NCBI RefSeq assembly: GCF_003334385.1
Contig: NZ_QOWN01000059.1
Source: Escherichia coli
Lineage (GTDB): Bacteria > Pseudomonadota > Gammaproteobacteria > Enterobacterales > Enterobacteriaceae
Direction: 5' to 3' (one strand)
DNA: 27,104 bases
Made by a program: the position numbers and the translations under genes. The number at the start of each line of letters is the position of its first letter. Position 1 is the first letter of the stretch. Of the stretch, positions 9,111 through 19,130 are shown in pieces. The notes beneath the pieces were generated by a model. It was not told where the DNA came from. It did not search any database and was given only the letters and a program-made list of their open reading frames with translations.

Positions 9111-9466
9111 TACTGGTAATCCCCTTCTTCACCGTGGAACTCAAGATCAACCGTGCCTTCTTCGGCATTATGGTTCGCTTCGCCGTGCAGCCAGGCGGAC
9201 GACAATACATAGACCTGACCGTTCGCCAGCTCGGCAGTGATGGTCATCTCATCAGACGAGGTGATTTTGCTCACCGGAAAATTCTTCGGCACCTTGAAGG
9301 TCCCTTTGACATAAGGCGCACGGTGAGTTTCCTTGCGGTCCACTGAACCGTCCAGGCCGATGATGTCATCATTGACCGTCCTGTTCATGGGCACCTCAAT
9401 GCCGCCGGTCAGCGATAGCTGCTGACCGTCAATTTTGAAATAACAGGTTCCCCCGATACGGGCCAT
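9110..9466 (-). CDS. Tail tube protein (Mu gpM-like)
   Basis: 118-aa ORF immediately after the sheath gene, with stop/start overlap. Confidence 0.7.
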   Translation of the reverse strand: MARIGGTCYFKIDGQQLSLTGGIEVPMNRTVNDDIIGLDGSVDRKETHRAPYVKGTFKVPKNFPVSKITSSDEMTITAELANGQVYVLSSAWLHGEANHNAEEGTVDLEFHGEEGDYQ

Positions 9467-10962
9467 TATGCAGACTCCTCTGAATACTGAAGACGGAACT
9501 GGTTAACCACGGCAAAAACACGCAACTGGTTAACATAGTCAGGCGGGAACAGCGTGTTCAGGCGGTTCGGATCGCTGGCATCACGCTCAACAACCAGGTA
9601 CTGCTTAAACAGTTCGTAGTTTTCCACGATCCCCGCACGCTCAAGCTGACGGTAGGTTGCCAGCAGTTCCCCTTTGATTACCGCCGGGGTGACAATCGCC
9701 TGACCGGGACCAAAGCGGGTACCGTCGCTGGCAAGCTTGTGACGCCCGTACTTACTGGTAATGACGGATTTCAGTTTGCGCAGTACATACGCACTGGTAT
9801 GCAGCGTCTCGCTGTCGAGGTAGCTGTTATCCGCAACCCCGTAAGCATTTTTCCTGTACGTGGTGACATCACGCTGAATGCGCAGCCCCCCGCTTTCGAC
9901 ATACGCCGTTGCCACGCCATGAGACAGCAGGGTCTGCTGCTCGGTCATCGTGAACCGTTTCCCCTTCGGCGCAGGCAGCATACCCACCAGCTCACCGGTC
10001 TGCGTGGGACGTGCCGGATCGTTGCGGATAAACACCGCTGCGCGGGCGGTACGGCTTGCCGCCAGCTCGTCGGCAGGCGTCTGGGTCTCTTTTTCGTACC
10101 CCGCCAGGGTGATGTGCTGCTGGTTAAACTGGTCACCTGCGTTCACCAGTTCTGACAGTGTGCCGGTCTTTGCCGTATACACATGACCATACAGCTGACG
10201 CGCATAGCTCCAGCGACCGCTGGTATCGTTCATCTCGGTCACCAGCGTGTTAACGGAGGCCGTGTCGTTGAACGGCAGACCGATATAATCAAACGGCTCA
10301 TCCGCCATTGCAGCCACCGCGCCGGTGAGAACCGGAGCGCCCGTTCCGGCGGTCCCCGTCGCCACGGCAATCTGTACGCCCGCTGGCAGCACTTCACCCC
10401 CACCGAAGCCGTAGTAATTGAGGCTGACAGGAATTTCATTCCCGCAAAGCCCCTTATGACGCGCGGTCAGCGTGACAACACCAGCCGAAGATGAAGCTGT
10501 AAACGGCAGAGTCGGAACGGCATTGATAGCATCCTGGATACTGCTGGCAATCGTCGTGACGTTATCGCCGTTGGTCACCGGAGCCTGCACGCGGGTACGT
10601 CCCACATAGACATTCACCGTGCCGCTTTCGGTTGCTTCCCCGGTCACCGTCAGCGTAACCGTTGCCGCCGCGCCTGTGGATTCAGGAACGGCAATCACAT
10701 ACAGCTCGCCAAACGGGTCAGTCTGGCGATAAGCCTCGACCATACGCGCCAGCTGACTTCCCGCACCACAAATCTGGCGTGCATAGTCTGCCGACGGCAT
10801 CAGTACCAGACTGTTGGCAACAATCTCTGCACCGTTATTGGCATGACCAATCAGCAGCGATGCTCCGCTGTCCTGTGCAGTATTCGCCGCCTGGTTATCC
10901 ATTTCCGCATAAAACAACGGAACCAGCGTATTCGACGGAATGGTGTTAAAGCTTATCGTCAT
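9466..10962 (-). CDS. Contractile tail sheath protein (Mu gpL-like)
   Basis: 498-aa ORF followed by the tube and chaperone genes; size and order match Mu-like sheath genes. Confidence 0.8.
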   Translation of the reverse strand: MTISFNTIPSNTLVPLFYAEMDNQAANTAQDSGASLLIGHANNGAEIVANSLVLMPSADYARQICGAGSQLARMVEAYRQTDPFGELYVIAVPESTGAAATVTLTVTGEATESGTVNVYVGRTRVQAPVTNGDNVTTIASSIQDAINAVPTLPFTASSSAGVVTLTARHKGLCGNEIPVSLNYYGFGGGEVLPAGVQIAVATGTAGTGAPVLTGAVAAMADEPFDYIGLPFNDTASVNTLVTEMNDTSGRWSYARQLYGHVYTAKTGTLSELVNAGDQFNQQHITLAGYEKETQTPADELAASRTARAAVFIRNDPARPTQTGELVGMLPAPKGKRFTMTEQQTLLSHGVATAYVESGGLRIQRDVTTYRKNAYGVADNSYLDSETLHTSAYVLRKLKSVITSKYGRHKLASDGTRFGPGQAIVTPAVIKGELLATYRQLERAGIVENYELFKQYLVVERDASDPNRLNTLFPPDYVNQLRVFAVVNQFRLQYSEESA

Positions 10963-11116
10963 CGGTGTTCACCTTTTTATTCACGCGCCGGATATCACCC
11001 GCTGCTTCACGGCGCAGCCAGTAGTTGTTCTCGTCAACATTTCGCCCTTCGGCGGGCAAAAGGTCGCCGCGGGCAGGGTCAGGCACTGACCGCCCTTTAA
11101 CAGGTTTGACAAACAT
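10946..11116 (-). CDS. Small conserved protein preceding the sheath gene (DUF2635-like); not in the supplied ORF track
   Basis: 56-aa ORF (MFVKPVKGRSVPDPARGDLLPAEGRNVDENNYWLRREAAGDIRRVNKKVNTDDDKL) translated by hand. GAGGA lies 5 nt upstream of the ATG and the stop overlaps the sheath start. Confidence 0.5.
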   Translation of the reverse strand: MFVKPVKGRSVPDPARGDLLPAEGRNVDENNYWLRREAAGDIRRVNKKVNTDDDKL

Positions 11117-11124
11117 GAGGATCC

Positions 11125-11685
11125 TCAGGAAGGAAGGGTTATTTCGGTGTGATGTTCGATATCGCCGTCAGGCCCGTTACCGGGATCGAGATAATCAACA
11201 TCAATCGCCAGCGTTCGCAGTTCATCCAGACTGTTCAGATCATCCTGCTGGCGGGTATCGTCTTCAGTCAGCTCGCTGATGACCGAAAAATCGAACTGAT
11301 AAATCAGCTCATGACGATTCAGATCCAGCAGCGTGCCGCCGTCATAGGTAATCGGGTTACCGCACGCTTCCGGGTTCCAGCCCAGCAGGGCCTTAAAGAG
11401 CATCTGCCGGACATCGTCCACCACATCATACGAGGCAAACTGACCGCGCTCATCACGCCCGTTACTCAGTATGACAACCACGGAGAAGCCCTCTTTCAGC
11501 TCCTGCCAGTAGTCGGTCTGGCTTTTGTTTTCTCCCGGAGAGTCATCACCCGGTACCACATACGCCGCCGGGAGTCTCAGCTTTCCGACCTCCGGCAGAT
11601 TTTTGAACTGTGCCGCGCCTGCCACCCGGTTTTCAAAATACGGGCAGCGGGCACGCAGCGCAGCAATAACAGGCGTCAGTTTCAT
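11125..11685 (-). CDS. Tail completion/terminator-type structural protein (Mu gp37-like), function uncertain
   Basis: 186-aa ORF between the neck genes and the sheath module. Confidence 0.4.
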   Translation of the reverse strand: MKLTPVIAALRARCPYFENRVAGAAQFKNLPEVGKLRLPAAYVVPGDDSPGENKSQTDYWQELKEGFSVVVILSNGRDERGQFASYDVVDDVRQMLFKALLGWNPEACGNPITYDGGTLLDLNRHELIYQFDFSVISELTEDDTRQQDDLNSLDELRTLAIDVDYLDPGNGPDGDIEHHTEITLPS

Positions 11686-12188
11686 CTGTGTCGTCGCTCC
11701 GGCTTCAGTGATTTACGCAATTCCCGCGCCAGAAAATAGCGTGTCCAGCTGCGGTTCTTTTCAAGAGTTTCCACCATGAAGTTATTACGTGGAGCCAGTC
11801 GCCAGCCGCTGCCACCGGATGCACCACGATGATGACTACGACGACGTTTTGCTCCTCCCCGGACACCAAAAAACAGAAATGCCGGATAGAAGTCACCAGA
11901 GATCATCCGGTTCCCCTTCCCGTTGCGCTGGTTAGGGGCAATGCGTGTCATAAAACCGGCTCGCTTTTTACTGGCTCTCGGCACCATATAACCAATCGAA
12001 CGAGCCAGGCGTCCGGTCTGATAACCGGGGTTTTCACCTGGTGCCGACCGCGCACGGCGCATCACCAGCCGACGGGCATCACGCATATGACGCTGCCCAA
12101 TCGTGACAAACGCCCGCCGGACACGGGCGCGGTTAAAGCGCATCTCGGCGGGCTGCTGAACATCAACGTGAAAAAAGGGAGTCGCCAT
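11682..12188 (-). CDS. Virion morphogenesis/neck protein (HK97 gp10-like), function uncertain
   Basis: 168-aa basic protein in the head-tail joining region. Confidence 0.4.
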   Translation of the reverse strand: MATPFFHVDVQQPAEMRFNRARVRRAFVTIGQRHMRDARRLVMRRARSAPGENPGYQTGRLARSIGYMVPRASKKRAGFMTRIAPNQRNGKGNRMISGDFYPAFLFFGVRGGAKRRRSHHRGASGGSGWRLAPRNNFMVETLEKNRSWTRYFLARELRKSLKPERRHR

Positions 12189-12573
12189 TGCTGCCTCCGT
12201 GACTCTGCCTACATTCGCCCAGCTCCGTACACTCCAGCAGCAGAAAGCGCCGCGCCCCGTTCAGATCACGCTGACGTTTCACCCGGTACACACTGTCATC
12301 ACAGACCACCTCATAATCAGCAGTGATCCCCCGGCGGTAACGAATGGTGATGTAATGGGTGATGGCGTCCCCGGTCTGCGCGGTTTCCTGCCAGGTGGTG
12401 GCACTGGTCTGGATAACCTTCGCCCATGTCCGGAACGTAACCGGGTATTGAGGCTCCACGCCAAAGTTATCCGCGGGCATATCCACCCGCTGGCGGATCA
12501 GGACGCGTTTATTCAGTTCACCGGGGTCCGGCAGAATGTAGGTTGCGCTGGTCTGCGCCTGACGAATTTTCAT
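12163..12573 (-). CDS. Head closure/head-tail adaptor protein
   Basis: 136-aa ORF directly after the connector gene. Confidence 0.5.
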   Translation of the reverse strand: MKIRQAQTSATYILPDPGELNKRVLIRQRVDMPADNFGVEPQYPVTFRTWAKVIQTSATTWQETAQTGDAITHYITIRYRRGITADYEVVCDDSVYRVKRQRDLNGARRFLLLECTELGECRQSHGGSNGDSLFSR

Positions 12574-12893
12574 TGCGGAAAGTACCTGTACGGGCCGACA
12601 AGCCAGCCAAAACTCTGCGGCATGTCGAGTTTCTCCACTTCCGTAACCGACGAGCGGTTTTCGTAAAAATGGCTGATAAGCATCAGCATCCCCAGACGAA
12701 TATCATCCGGCAGGTGCAGCCCGTCCGGATCGCTGTCCGGAATGGTTTCATTCGGTGCATAGAGCTTCCGGTTCAGATACGTTTCCGTCCGCTTTTGTGC
12801 CGCACAGGCCAGCAGTTGCAGATGGCGGTCATCAGCATCGAAATCCTCATCCAGCCGGAGTTGGGCTTTAATCTCTTCCATTGTCAGAAGCAT
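12570..12893 (-). CDS. Head-tail connector protein (gp6-like)
   Basis: 107-aa ORF with N-terminus MLLTMEEIKAQLRLDEDFDADD, typical of gp6-like connector proteins; follows the capsid gene. Confidence 0.65.
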   Translation of the reverse strand: MLLTMEEIKAQLRLDEDFDADDRHLQLLACAAQKRTETYLNRKLYAPNETIPDSDPDGLHLPDDIRLGMLMLISHFYENRSSVTEVEKLDMPQSFGWLVGPYRYFPQ

Positions 12894-12895
12894 AC

Positions 12896-13096
12896 TCAGC
12901 CCTCTTTACTGGTCGTGGCTTTTTTCTCTTTTGCCGCTTTACTGCTTTTTGCACTGATTCCGCGCTCTGCTAACCCGGCCTGAAGTGCAATCTCCTGCAC
13001 CCGGGCAGGAAGTGCCCCGTCGTCATACTCACCGGCCCGAATGACCTCAACACGCATACCGTCCGGTGACCATTTCAGATCTTGTTTCAGGATCAT
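12896..13096 (-). CDS. Hypothetical small protein between capsid and connector genes
   Basis: 66-aa ORF that fills the intergenic space exactly, with a GGTGA ribosome-binding site upstream. Confidence 0.4.
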   Translation of the reverse strand: MILKQDLKWSPDGMRVEVIRAGEYDDGALPARVQEIALQAGLAERGISAKSSKAAKEKKATTSKEG

Positions 13097-13145
13097 GATT
13101 CTTCACCCGTCAGAACAGGGGGCGCGGTTCCGCGCCCTTGAGTGA

Positions 13146-14351
13146 TTACGCCGCTGCAATCTTCAGCAGTTTGATGGCCTGCGAATCGACCAGCATCCCG
13201 CCGGTGCGCTTGGTGGTATAAAAACCGACAAACGGTTTATTGGTGTACGGGTCACGCAGAATGCGGGTGCCGATACGGTCAACGATGGTGTAACCCCGTT
13301 TGAAGTTACCAAATGCAATGGCTTTCGCATCAGCGGCGATATCCGGCATCTGTTCGTTTTCAGCGATACCGTAACCCGCCAGAGAGGACGGCTGCCCCAG
13401 TTCCAGCCCCGGACGCCACAGATAGTTACCCTCGCTGTCTTTAAGCAGACGGATGGCAAACAGGCTGTTGTTGTTCATCATGAACTTCGCGCCAGTGCGG
13501 TGTGCCTTACGCAGCGTGTAAATCAGTTTGATAATGGCGTCTGCGGTCACCGCGGTCGCTTCGCCGGATACAATATGCTGAAGTTTGCCGAACGCCCGGA
13601 CCTTGTCGGTTTCATCAGTGGATTCATACGCCAGGAACCCTTTCGGCTTCTTGGTGCCATCGCCTGAGGTAAAGGCAATTTCTTCCTGTTCGGCAAATTC
13701 GGTTGCCAGCTCGCTGTTGATCCAGGCCTCCACGTTGAAGAAGGCATCGTCCAGCATTTTCTGGGTAGCCTGCGGGTTGCCGTAAATTTCCCCCATGAGA
13801 GGTTCAATCAGCTCCAGTCTGGAGGTGGCAGTCTGGGATCGCGTATCCGTTTCCCCCACCCATCCGGAAGCCGTACCGCCCAGATTCGCCAGTTTTTTGT
13901 AGTCGGAACCGCCAACGGTGATCACCGTGGCTTCCTGACGCATCACCACTTCATCTTTCAGCAGGTTAAGAATGTTGCGATCCAGTTCTTCCGGCACGGC
14001 GTAGCCACCGTCTTCATCGGTACCCACCTGCAATGCCTTACGCTCCAGATCGCGCAGACCGTCTTCACGGCCTTTACGCAGGAAGCCCACAAACGCCTCT
14101 TTATGCTCGGTGGCCAGTTTATTTTGCGCTCCACCAGCCGGACGTTTCAGCTCAAGCAGCTCTTTTTCAAGGTCGCTTTTGAGATTTTCCAGCTCGCTGA
14201 GTTTCCCGTTCAGGGTTTCCACCTGCCCGGCAAGCTTGCCTTTTTCCTGCTCAATCGCATCCACGCGCTTGTCGTTCTTTGCTTTGAAGTCGTCAAACTT
14301 CTGCTGCAGCTCCTGCGCGACCTGTTCGACATCTTTAATATCAACCGCCAT
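13146..14351 (-). CDS. Major capsid protein, HK97 fold with N-terminal coiled-coil delta domain
   Basis: 401-aa ORF after the prohead protease; its N-terminal ~100 aa are a charged coiled coil (VEQVAQELQQKFDDFKAKNDKRVDAIEQEKGKLAG...). Confidence 0.8.
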   Translation of the reverse strand: MAVDIKDVEQVAQELQQKFDDFKAKNDKRVDAIEQEKGKLAGQVETLNGKLSELENLKSDLEKELLELKRPAGGAQNKLATEHKEAFVGFLRKGREDGLRDLERKALQVGTDEDGGYAVPEELDRNILNLLKDEVVMRQEATVITVGGSDYKKLANLGGTASGWVGETDTRSQTATSRLELIEPLMGEIYGNPQATQKMLDDAFFNVEAWINSELATEFAEQEEIAFTSGDGTKKPKGFLAYESTDETDKVRAFGKLQHIVSGEATAVTADAIIKLIYTLRKAHRTGAKFMMNNNSLFAIRLLKDSEGNYLWRPGLELGQPSSLAGYGIAENEQMPDIAADAKAIAFGNFKRGYTIVDRIGTRILRDPYTNKPFVGFYTTKRTGGMLVDSQAIKLLKIAAA

Positions 14352-14365
14352 CGTATTTCTCCTGA

Positions 14366-15052
14366 TTAGAAGTTCAGATTTTTCAGTGCATTCAGTGCAG
14401 AGCCCACATCCTCAGCGTCGCGCAGGGACAGTGCGCTATAGCCCCCGGCCATGAATGCTTTGGCCTGGGTGCGGGAGAGTCCGACATCACGCAGGACTCT
14501 TTCGATTTTTTTCTGTTCGGGGATTTCCCCGCGGGCCAGTGCGTTCTTGACGTCGCTGATCCGCGCCTCGTCGTTAGACGGGAACGTCACCAGGCTGACT
14601 TCCCAGAGGTCGATTTCTTTCAGCAGAAAGGCTTCTTTGCTCCGGTCGTATTCCCAGTCTTTCAGGACGTACCCAATAGAAAGGCCGGTTAACGAACCGG
14701 CCTTCATGTGTGCATGTGCGCGTTTTGCGAGGGGATCATCATCAATAAGCAACCGTCCCCTGACGTAAAGCCCGACATCGTCTTCCTTCATTTCGGTGTA
14801 AACACCGATGGGTTCATCCATGCGGTGCTGCCAGAGCAGCGCAGGTAACGCTTTTCTGTCACTCCACGCCCGCAGGGAAGCAGCAAATGCCCCGGACATC
14901 ACCACATCATCGTGGCTGTCCTTTACACCAAAGACGGAGCCATACCCTTCAAACTCACCGGAGTCACTGACAGATTTCAGACTCAGCGGTACATCAAGAC
15001 GTTGTTTCGTCTGCATTGGCGTTATCCTTCTGCTTACCGGCTTTACTGCCAT
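14366..15052 (-). CDS. Prohead protease, HK97 family
   Basis: 228-aa ORF between portal and capsid with the motif GYGSVFGVKDSHDDVVMSGAF. Confidence 0.8.
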   Translation of the reverse strand: MAVKPVSRRITPMQTKQRLDVPLSLKSVSDSGEFEGYGSVFGVKDSHDDVVMSGAFAASLRAWSDRKALPALLWQHRMDEPIGVYTEMKEDDVGLYVRGRLLIDDDPLAKRAHAHMKAGSLTGLSIGYVLKDWEYDRSKEAFLLKEIDLWEVSLVTFPSNDEARISDVKNALARGEIPEQKKIERVLRDVGLSRTQAKAFMAGGYSALSLRDAEDVGSALNALKNLNF

Positions 15053-16235
15053 CGGAGGGTTTCGTGGTCATGTTCATCGGTGTGAGATAGACATCACCAC
15101 CGGGACGCGGATTCATATCTTCCAGGTCGCGGCAGTCATTGGGAGAGTCAATTCCCCAGTTGATCCCGGTGGCGTAGGCTTCAAAACGGGACTTCATATC
15201 CCCGCGCAGTAACGCCCCGGCGTTAAATTTGGCGTAATAAACGCCCTGCTTACTTTTTCGTACCAGTCCGGTGTTGATCCGCTGTTCGATGCGGGTCAGA
15301 TACGGCACCAGTGAATAGTTGATAAATCCCAGCCCCAGCTCTTCGATATTGTTGAAGGTGGCGCGATCGGTGTTCTGCACCATGTGCAACGGCACCCGGA
15401 ACAGACGACAGATTTCTTCAAGCTGAAACTTGCGGGTTTCCAGGAACTGGCTGTCCTCGGCGTTCAGCGCCATCGACTTCCAGTCCAGCCCCATCTCAAG
15501 GATCATCGGGCGGTGAGCATTGCCAAGCCCGGTGTGACGCTCCTCAAAATCTTTCTTCAGGCGCTCATAAGCCTGATCTGACAGCGTCTGCTCTGTACGC
15601 AACACACCCGACGTCACCGCGCCATTGCTGAACAGTCTGGCCCCGTGCTCTTCGGTCGCAGCTGCCAGCGATATTGCCTCGCGGGCATAGGCGATGGGAT
15701 TCAGCCCCACCAGTCCGTCCAGCGTCAGCGTGCGCACATGCCAGATATCCTCCTGGCTCAGTACATCCGTGGAGCCATCCGGGAATGTGACCTGATAGAT
15801 CGGCTCCCAGCTACTGTTAAGCTTCGGTACCACACAGCCGGGATCGACGGGCAGCAGTTCAGCCACTTCGCCAAATGCTTTCACTTTGTAGGCGTAAAAG
15901 TTTCCCCGCAGGCACAGACAGGTGACCACCAGCTCCCAGAACTCCTGCGGCGTCATATAGCCATTGGGATGCGTGGAGATCAGTTTATGCAGACGTTCGC
16001 CGGTGGCTCTCTGTTTCAGGCTGCCGTTCAGGTGATACAGGTTGCAGGGCAACATCCCGACCGACTCCGCCAGCACCCTGACGCAGGAAAAAACCGCCGT
16101 CAGTCGCATGGCCCGCTGGCTGCTGATCTGCTTTCCGGTATAGGTGTCATATGACAGCCCGATAGCATCCGCCAGCTCTGCTGGCGTGGTCACCGGTGCG
16201 TCACTTTTTCGTTGAAATAATCCCGAAAAGAACAC
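14994..16235 (-). CDS. Portal protein, HK97 family
   Basis: 413-aa ORF after the large terminase and before the protease. Confidence 0.85.
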   Translation of the reverse strand: MFFSGLFQRKSDAPVTTPAELADAIGLSYDTYTGKQISSQRAMRLTAVFSCVRVLAESVGMLPCNLYHLNGSLKQRATGERLHKLISTHPNGYMTPQEFWELVVTCLCLRGNFYAYKVKAFGEVAELLPVDPGCVVPKLNSSWEPIYQVTFPDGSTDVLSQEDIWHVRTLTLDGLVGLNPIAYAREAISLAAATEEHGARLFSNGAVTSGVLRTEQTLSDQAYERLKKDFEERHTGLGNAHRPMILEMGLDWKSMALNAEDSQFLETRKFQLEEICRLFRVPLHMVQNTDRATFNNIEELGLGFINYSLVPYLTRIEQRINTGLVRKSKQGVYYAKFNAGALLRGDMKSRFEAYATGINWGIDSPNDCRDLEDMNPRPGGDVYLTPMNMTTKPSDGSKAGKQKDNANADETTS

Positions 16236-16417
16236 TATTTACCTCCGCCGACAGACGGCTGTGTACGGTCGAGATATCGCGCCACCAGCCACGACCAGAA
16301 CAGGCACAGCGCCCCGGCAACAACAAACCCCGCCGGGGGATAAATCAGCCAGGCACCATACGCCAGCAAAAGCGCACCCAGCACGCCCACCAGAGGCGCG
16401 AGAATCAGCATGATCAT
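16235..16417 (-). CDS. Small membrane protein (two predicted transmembrane helices) between terminase and portal
   Basis: 60-aa ORF ([49 protein letters not shown]...) fitting exactly between the terminase stop and the portal start. Confidence 0.45.
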   Translation of the reverse strand: MIMLILAPLVGVLGALLLAYGAWLIYPPAGFVVAGALCLFWSWLVARYLDRTQPSVGGGK

Positions 16418-16428
16418 AATTACCTCAG

Positions 16429-18162
16429 TTAAAGCGAGCGGATCCCATAGGATTCAATGTGGTCAGACAGCGTGTCTTCTTTCTCGTACAGCATGGCTCT
16501 GCCAACCGCCATAATCAGCGCAACTGCACCATCGATTTTGTTTTCCGCCTGCTCTTTGACGGGCTTCACCACATCATCGTTACCCGGAATGGTTTTGCCG
16601 ACCACGTTGCCGATACACCAGGTCATGATGGGATTGCCATCATGATGAAAGCGCCCCGATTCAATTGCCGCTTCCAGCTCTTTCATCGGGTCGGACATGT
16701 TGGTGTAGTTCTGAATGATGGTGACGGGGTTCAGGTCTTCATCAGCAAGGTCATGTGAGAGCCCGGTCGCCCCGAAGGGGTCGATGGGTGACTCGCTGAC
16801 CGGGCTGATTTTGTTCGCCGCTTTGGCCTCTTCGAGGATGTAGCGATAATCCACCTCTGCACCATCGGTAACGGTCAGGACGCCCATTTCCACCCATTTC
16901 TGAAAGCGTTCGGCTGTCCGTCGATCTTCATTTTTCTCGACGCTGTACACCGTGTCATACGGTACCCAGAAACGCGGGGCCACACTGTAGTAATGCGTTT
17001 TACCGTCAATCTCGCGGGTATAAAGTCGCGCCATGCTGTTCATATCCAGCTTACGCGCCAGGTCAAAGGCCAGAATGCACGGCTGCCCCTCGAACTGCTC
17101 AAGGGTCAGTGATTTATCCTCGCAGCTCTGCCAGCTTACCAGGTTGAAATACGCCGAACGCGCCGACACCCAGATATTGAGGTGTTTTGTTTTAAAGACG
17201 TTTGCCAGACGGGCGTTATTTTTCGCACGCTGCTGCTGACTTAACAAAAATTCGCGATAAACCGACACGCCAATATTTGGATTGGCTTTTTCCAGCACCT
17301 GCGGGTCGGTCCAGTCGTCACCTTCATCAACGGTATAGATGATCCCGAACAGTTCATCGTTGGGTACCGAACCGTTGAGCATCTCGATGACTTCCCGCCG
17401 TTTGTCGTAGCACGGCCCCTCAATGTTGTACCCGGCGGTAGTGATAGCCCACATCAGTGGCTGACGTCGCGCCCCCATCCCGGTAAGCATCGTGGTGTAA
17501 AGCGCATCTGTGGCGTGCTCGTGATATTCATCCACCACCGCACAGTGGGGTGATGAACCATCACCAGGGTTACCGATCAGCGGTTCAAAACGCGCACCAT
17601 CCTCCGGACGGTTCATGTTTGAGGCGTTAACCTCAATCCCGAACGCTTCCGTCAGCATGGGTGTGCGTTTACACATCAGTCGTGCCGGACGAAAGACTTC
17701 CCACGCCTGTTTCTCCGTCGTGGCACCGGAATACACTTCCGCGCCAAACTCGTTATCACAGGCAAAACAATACAGGGCAACACCGGCAGAGATTGCCGAT
17801 TTGCCGTTCTTACGGGGGATTTCGGTATACACCTCCCGGAAGCGGCGCAATCGGGAGCCTTTATTGACCCAGCCAAACGCACAGCAGATCACAAATAGCT
17901 GCCACGGCTCCAGCGTGATGGGCATCCGTTTAAATGCCCACTCACCCTTGGTGTGCGGCAACAGCTGAATAAATTTGGCGGCCCGTTCAGCCAGGTCCTT
18001 GTCGAAGCGGTAACGAAACGACTTACTTTTTTCCGCCATCAGGTCATCAAGATGGCGCTGGCAGGCCTGAATCACAAACTGGCAGGCCACAATCTTTCCG
18101 CGCACGACATCACGGGCATACTGATTGGCAGCATTTACGTTGGGGTAAGATTTCCGGCTCAT
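16429..18162 (-). CDS. Terminase large subunit
   Basis: 577-aa ORF with ATPase and nuclease character, flanked by small terminase and portal genes. Confidence 0.9.
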   Translation of the reverse strand: MSRKSYPNVNAANQYARDVVRGKIVACQFVIQACQRHLDDLMAEKSKSFRYRFDKDLAERAAKFIQLLPHTKGEWAFKRMPITLEPWQLFVICCAFGWVNKGSRLRRFREVYTEIPRKNGKSAISAGVALYCFACDNEFGAEVYSGATTEKQAWEVFRPARLMCKRTPMLTEAFGIEVNASNMNRPEDGARFEPLIGNPGDGSSPHCAVVDEYHEHATDALYTTMLTGMGARRQPLMWAITTAGYNIEGPCYDKRREVIEMLNGSVPNDELFGIIYTVDEGDDWTDPQVLEKANPNIGVSVYREFLLSQQQRAKNNARLANVFKTKHLNIWVSARSAYFNLVSWQSCEDKSLTLEQFEGQPCILAFDLARKLDMNSMARLYTREIDGKTHYYSVAPRFWVPYDTVYSVEKNEDRRTAERFQKWVEMGVLTVTDGAEVDYRYILEEAKAANKISPVSESPIDPFGATGLSHDLADEDLNPVTIIQNYTNMSDPMKELEAAIESGRFHHDGNPIMTWCIGNVVGKTIPGNDDVVKPVKEQAENKIDGAVALIMAVGRAMLYEKEDTLSDHIESYGIRSL

Positions 18163-18662
18163 GATTCGATGATTTTCAGAAACGGGTTAGTGGCTTTCTT
18201 CTGCCCCGCCAGGCCAATCAGACGCTGGCGGCTGCTGGGGTCGAGTCCGAGCATTGCCCCCGTGCTGCTCATCTCGGACTCCTGTTCTTTCTTGGCGGTC
18301 AGCTCCGGATTTTTGACCATGCCGCCCATTGCACCGGTGATGGTGTTGCCCTGTCTGGCAATATTTTTCACGGCACGTCGCCAGAACTCATAGGCCACGC
18401 ACCACCGCTCAAGCACTGCGAGGTCAGTCACGCACAGCAGGCCCTGACCGCAGAGTTCTTTGGTTGTCAGTTGCCACATGATCGTGGCGAGAGGAAGCTC
18501 TTCTTCAGCGAACCACTCCGGTGGCTCAACACCTTTGATGGGCGTAAAAACAGGTTCATCTTTGTTCAGGGCTCGCTTGCCGGGGTTTCCGGCCAGCGCC
18601 TTGCGCGCCGTTGGCTTAGGGCGACGCCCGGAACGCCCCGCCGTTCCAGCCATATGCGGCAC
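18159..18662 (-). CDS. Terminase small subunit (P27-family-like)
   Basis: 167-aa ORF with a basic N-terminus ([27 protein letters not shown]), overlapping the large terminase start. Confidence 0.7.
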   Translation of the reverse strand: MPHMAGTAGRSGRRPKPTARKALAGNPGKRALNKDEPVFTPIKGVEPPEWFAEEELPLATIMWQLTTKELCGQGLLCVTDLAVLERWCVAYEFWRRAVKNIARQGNTITGAMGGMVKNPELTAKKEQESEMSSTGAMLGLDPSSRQRLIGLAGQKKATNPFLKIIES

Positions 18663-18700
18663 TCCTGGTTAAATTTCATTTTTCGCGGGTATAAAAAAAC

Positions 18701-18756
18701 GATGGGGCGGGCAGTCCGGAAGACGTCAGGTCACAGAGATTTGACCCGCCCCTCCC
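18701..18756. other. Candidate cos/packaging recognition region
   Basis: GC-rich inverted repeat GGGGCGGG (18704-18711) and CCCGCCCC (18746-18753) in the HNH-terminase intergenic region, which is where cos lies in HK97-like phages. Confidence 0.25.
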
Positions 18757-18778
18757 CTCAGACAGTTGAGAATTATGA

Positions 18779-19129
18779 TCACTTTAGCCGTTCACGGGCC
18801 GTCTTCGCCTTATGGCACGGCCAGCACAGGCTCTGCAGATTGCTGTCGGCATCTGTGCCGCCATGCGCTTTAGGGATGATGTGGTCAACGGTTTTCGCCT
18901 CACGTACCACACCAGCACGCAGACATAACTGACACAGGCCTTTGTCACGTTGCAGCACACGCACACGGATAACATCCCACTTAGAACCATAACCGCGCTG
19001 ATGACGGGACTGACCTGGCTTGTATTGCTTCCAGCCTTCGCTTTTGTGGCTTTCGCAATAGCCTGACGAGTCAGTGGTGGTATGGCGGCAGCCGCGAACG
19101 CGGCAGGCTTTTGGGGTTCGTGGGGGCAT
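18779..19129 (-). CDS. HNH endonuclease (terminase-associated, HK97 gp74-like)
   Basis: 116-aa ORF with zinc-finger cysteines and the HNH core (CQLCLRAG...VDHIIPKAHGGTDADSNLQSLCWPCHKAK), immediately upstream of the terminase genes. Confidence 0.85.
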   Translation of the reverse strand: MPPRTPKACRVRGCRHTTTDSSGYCESHKSEGWKQYKPGQSRHQRGYGSKWDVIRVRVLQRDKGLCQLCLRAGVVREAKTVDHIIPKAHGGTDADSNLQSLCWPCHKAKTARERLK

Positions 19130-19130
19130 A

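Noticed and set aside
9739-10494. Several overlapping ORFs on both strands inside the tail sheath gene
   Set aside because: All lie within the 498-aa sheath ORF, which has the phage-typical context; the alternatives are Arg/Cys-rich shadow frames.
11149-12666. Long plus-strand ORFs (196, 165 and 155 aa) across the head-tail joining genes
   Set aside because: They are antisense to a tightly packed run of minus-strand structural genes with overlapping stop/start codons; their composition is shadow-like.
13117-13137. GC-rich hairpin (GGGCGCG, loop GTTC, CGCGCCC) just downstream of the major capsid gene
   Set aside because: It has no adequate U-tract on the minus strand, so I do not call it a terminator; it may be a weak attenuator or an RNA stability element.
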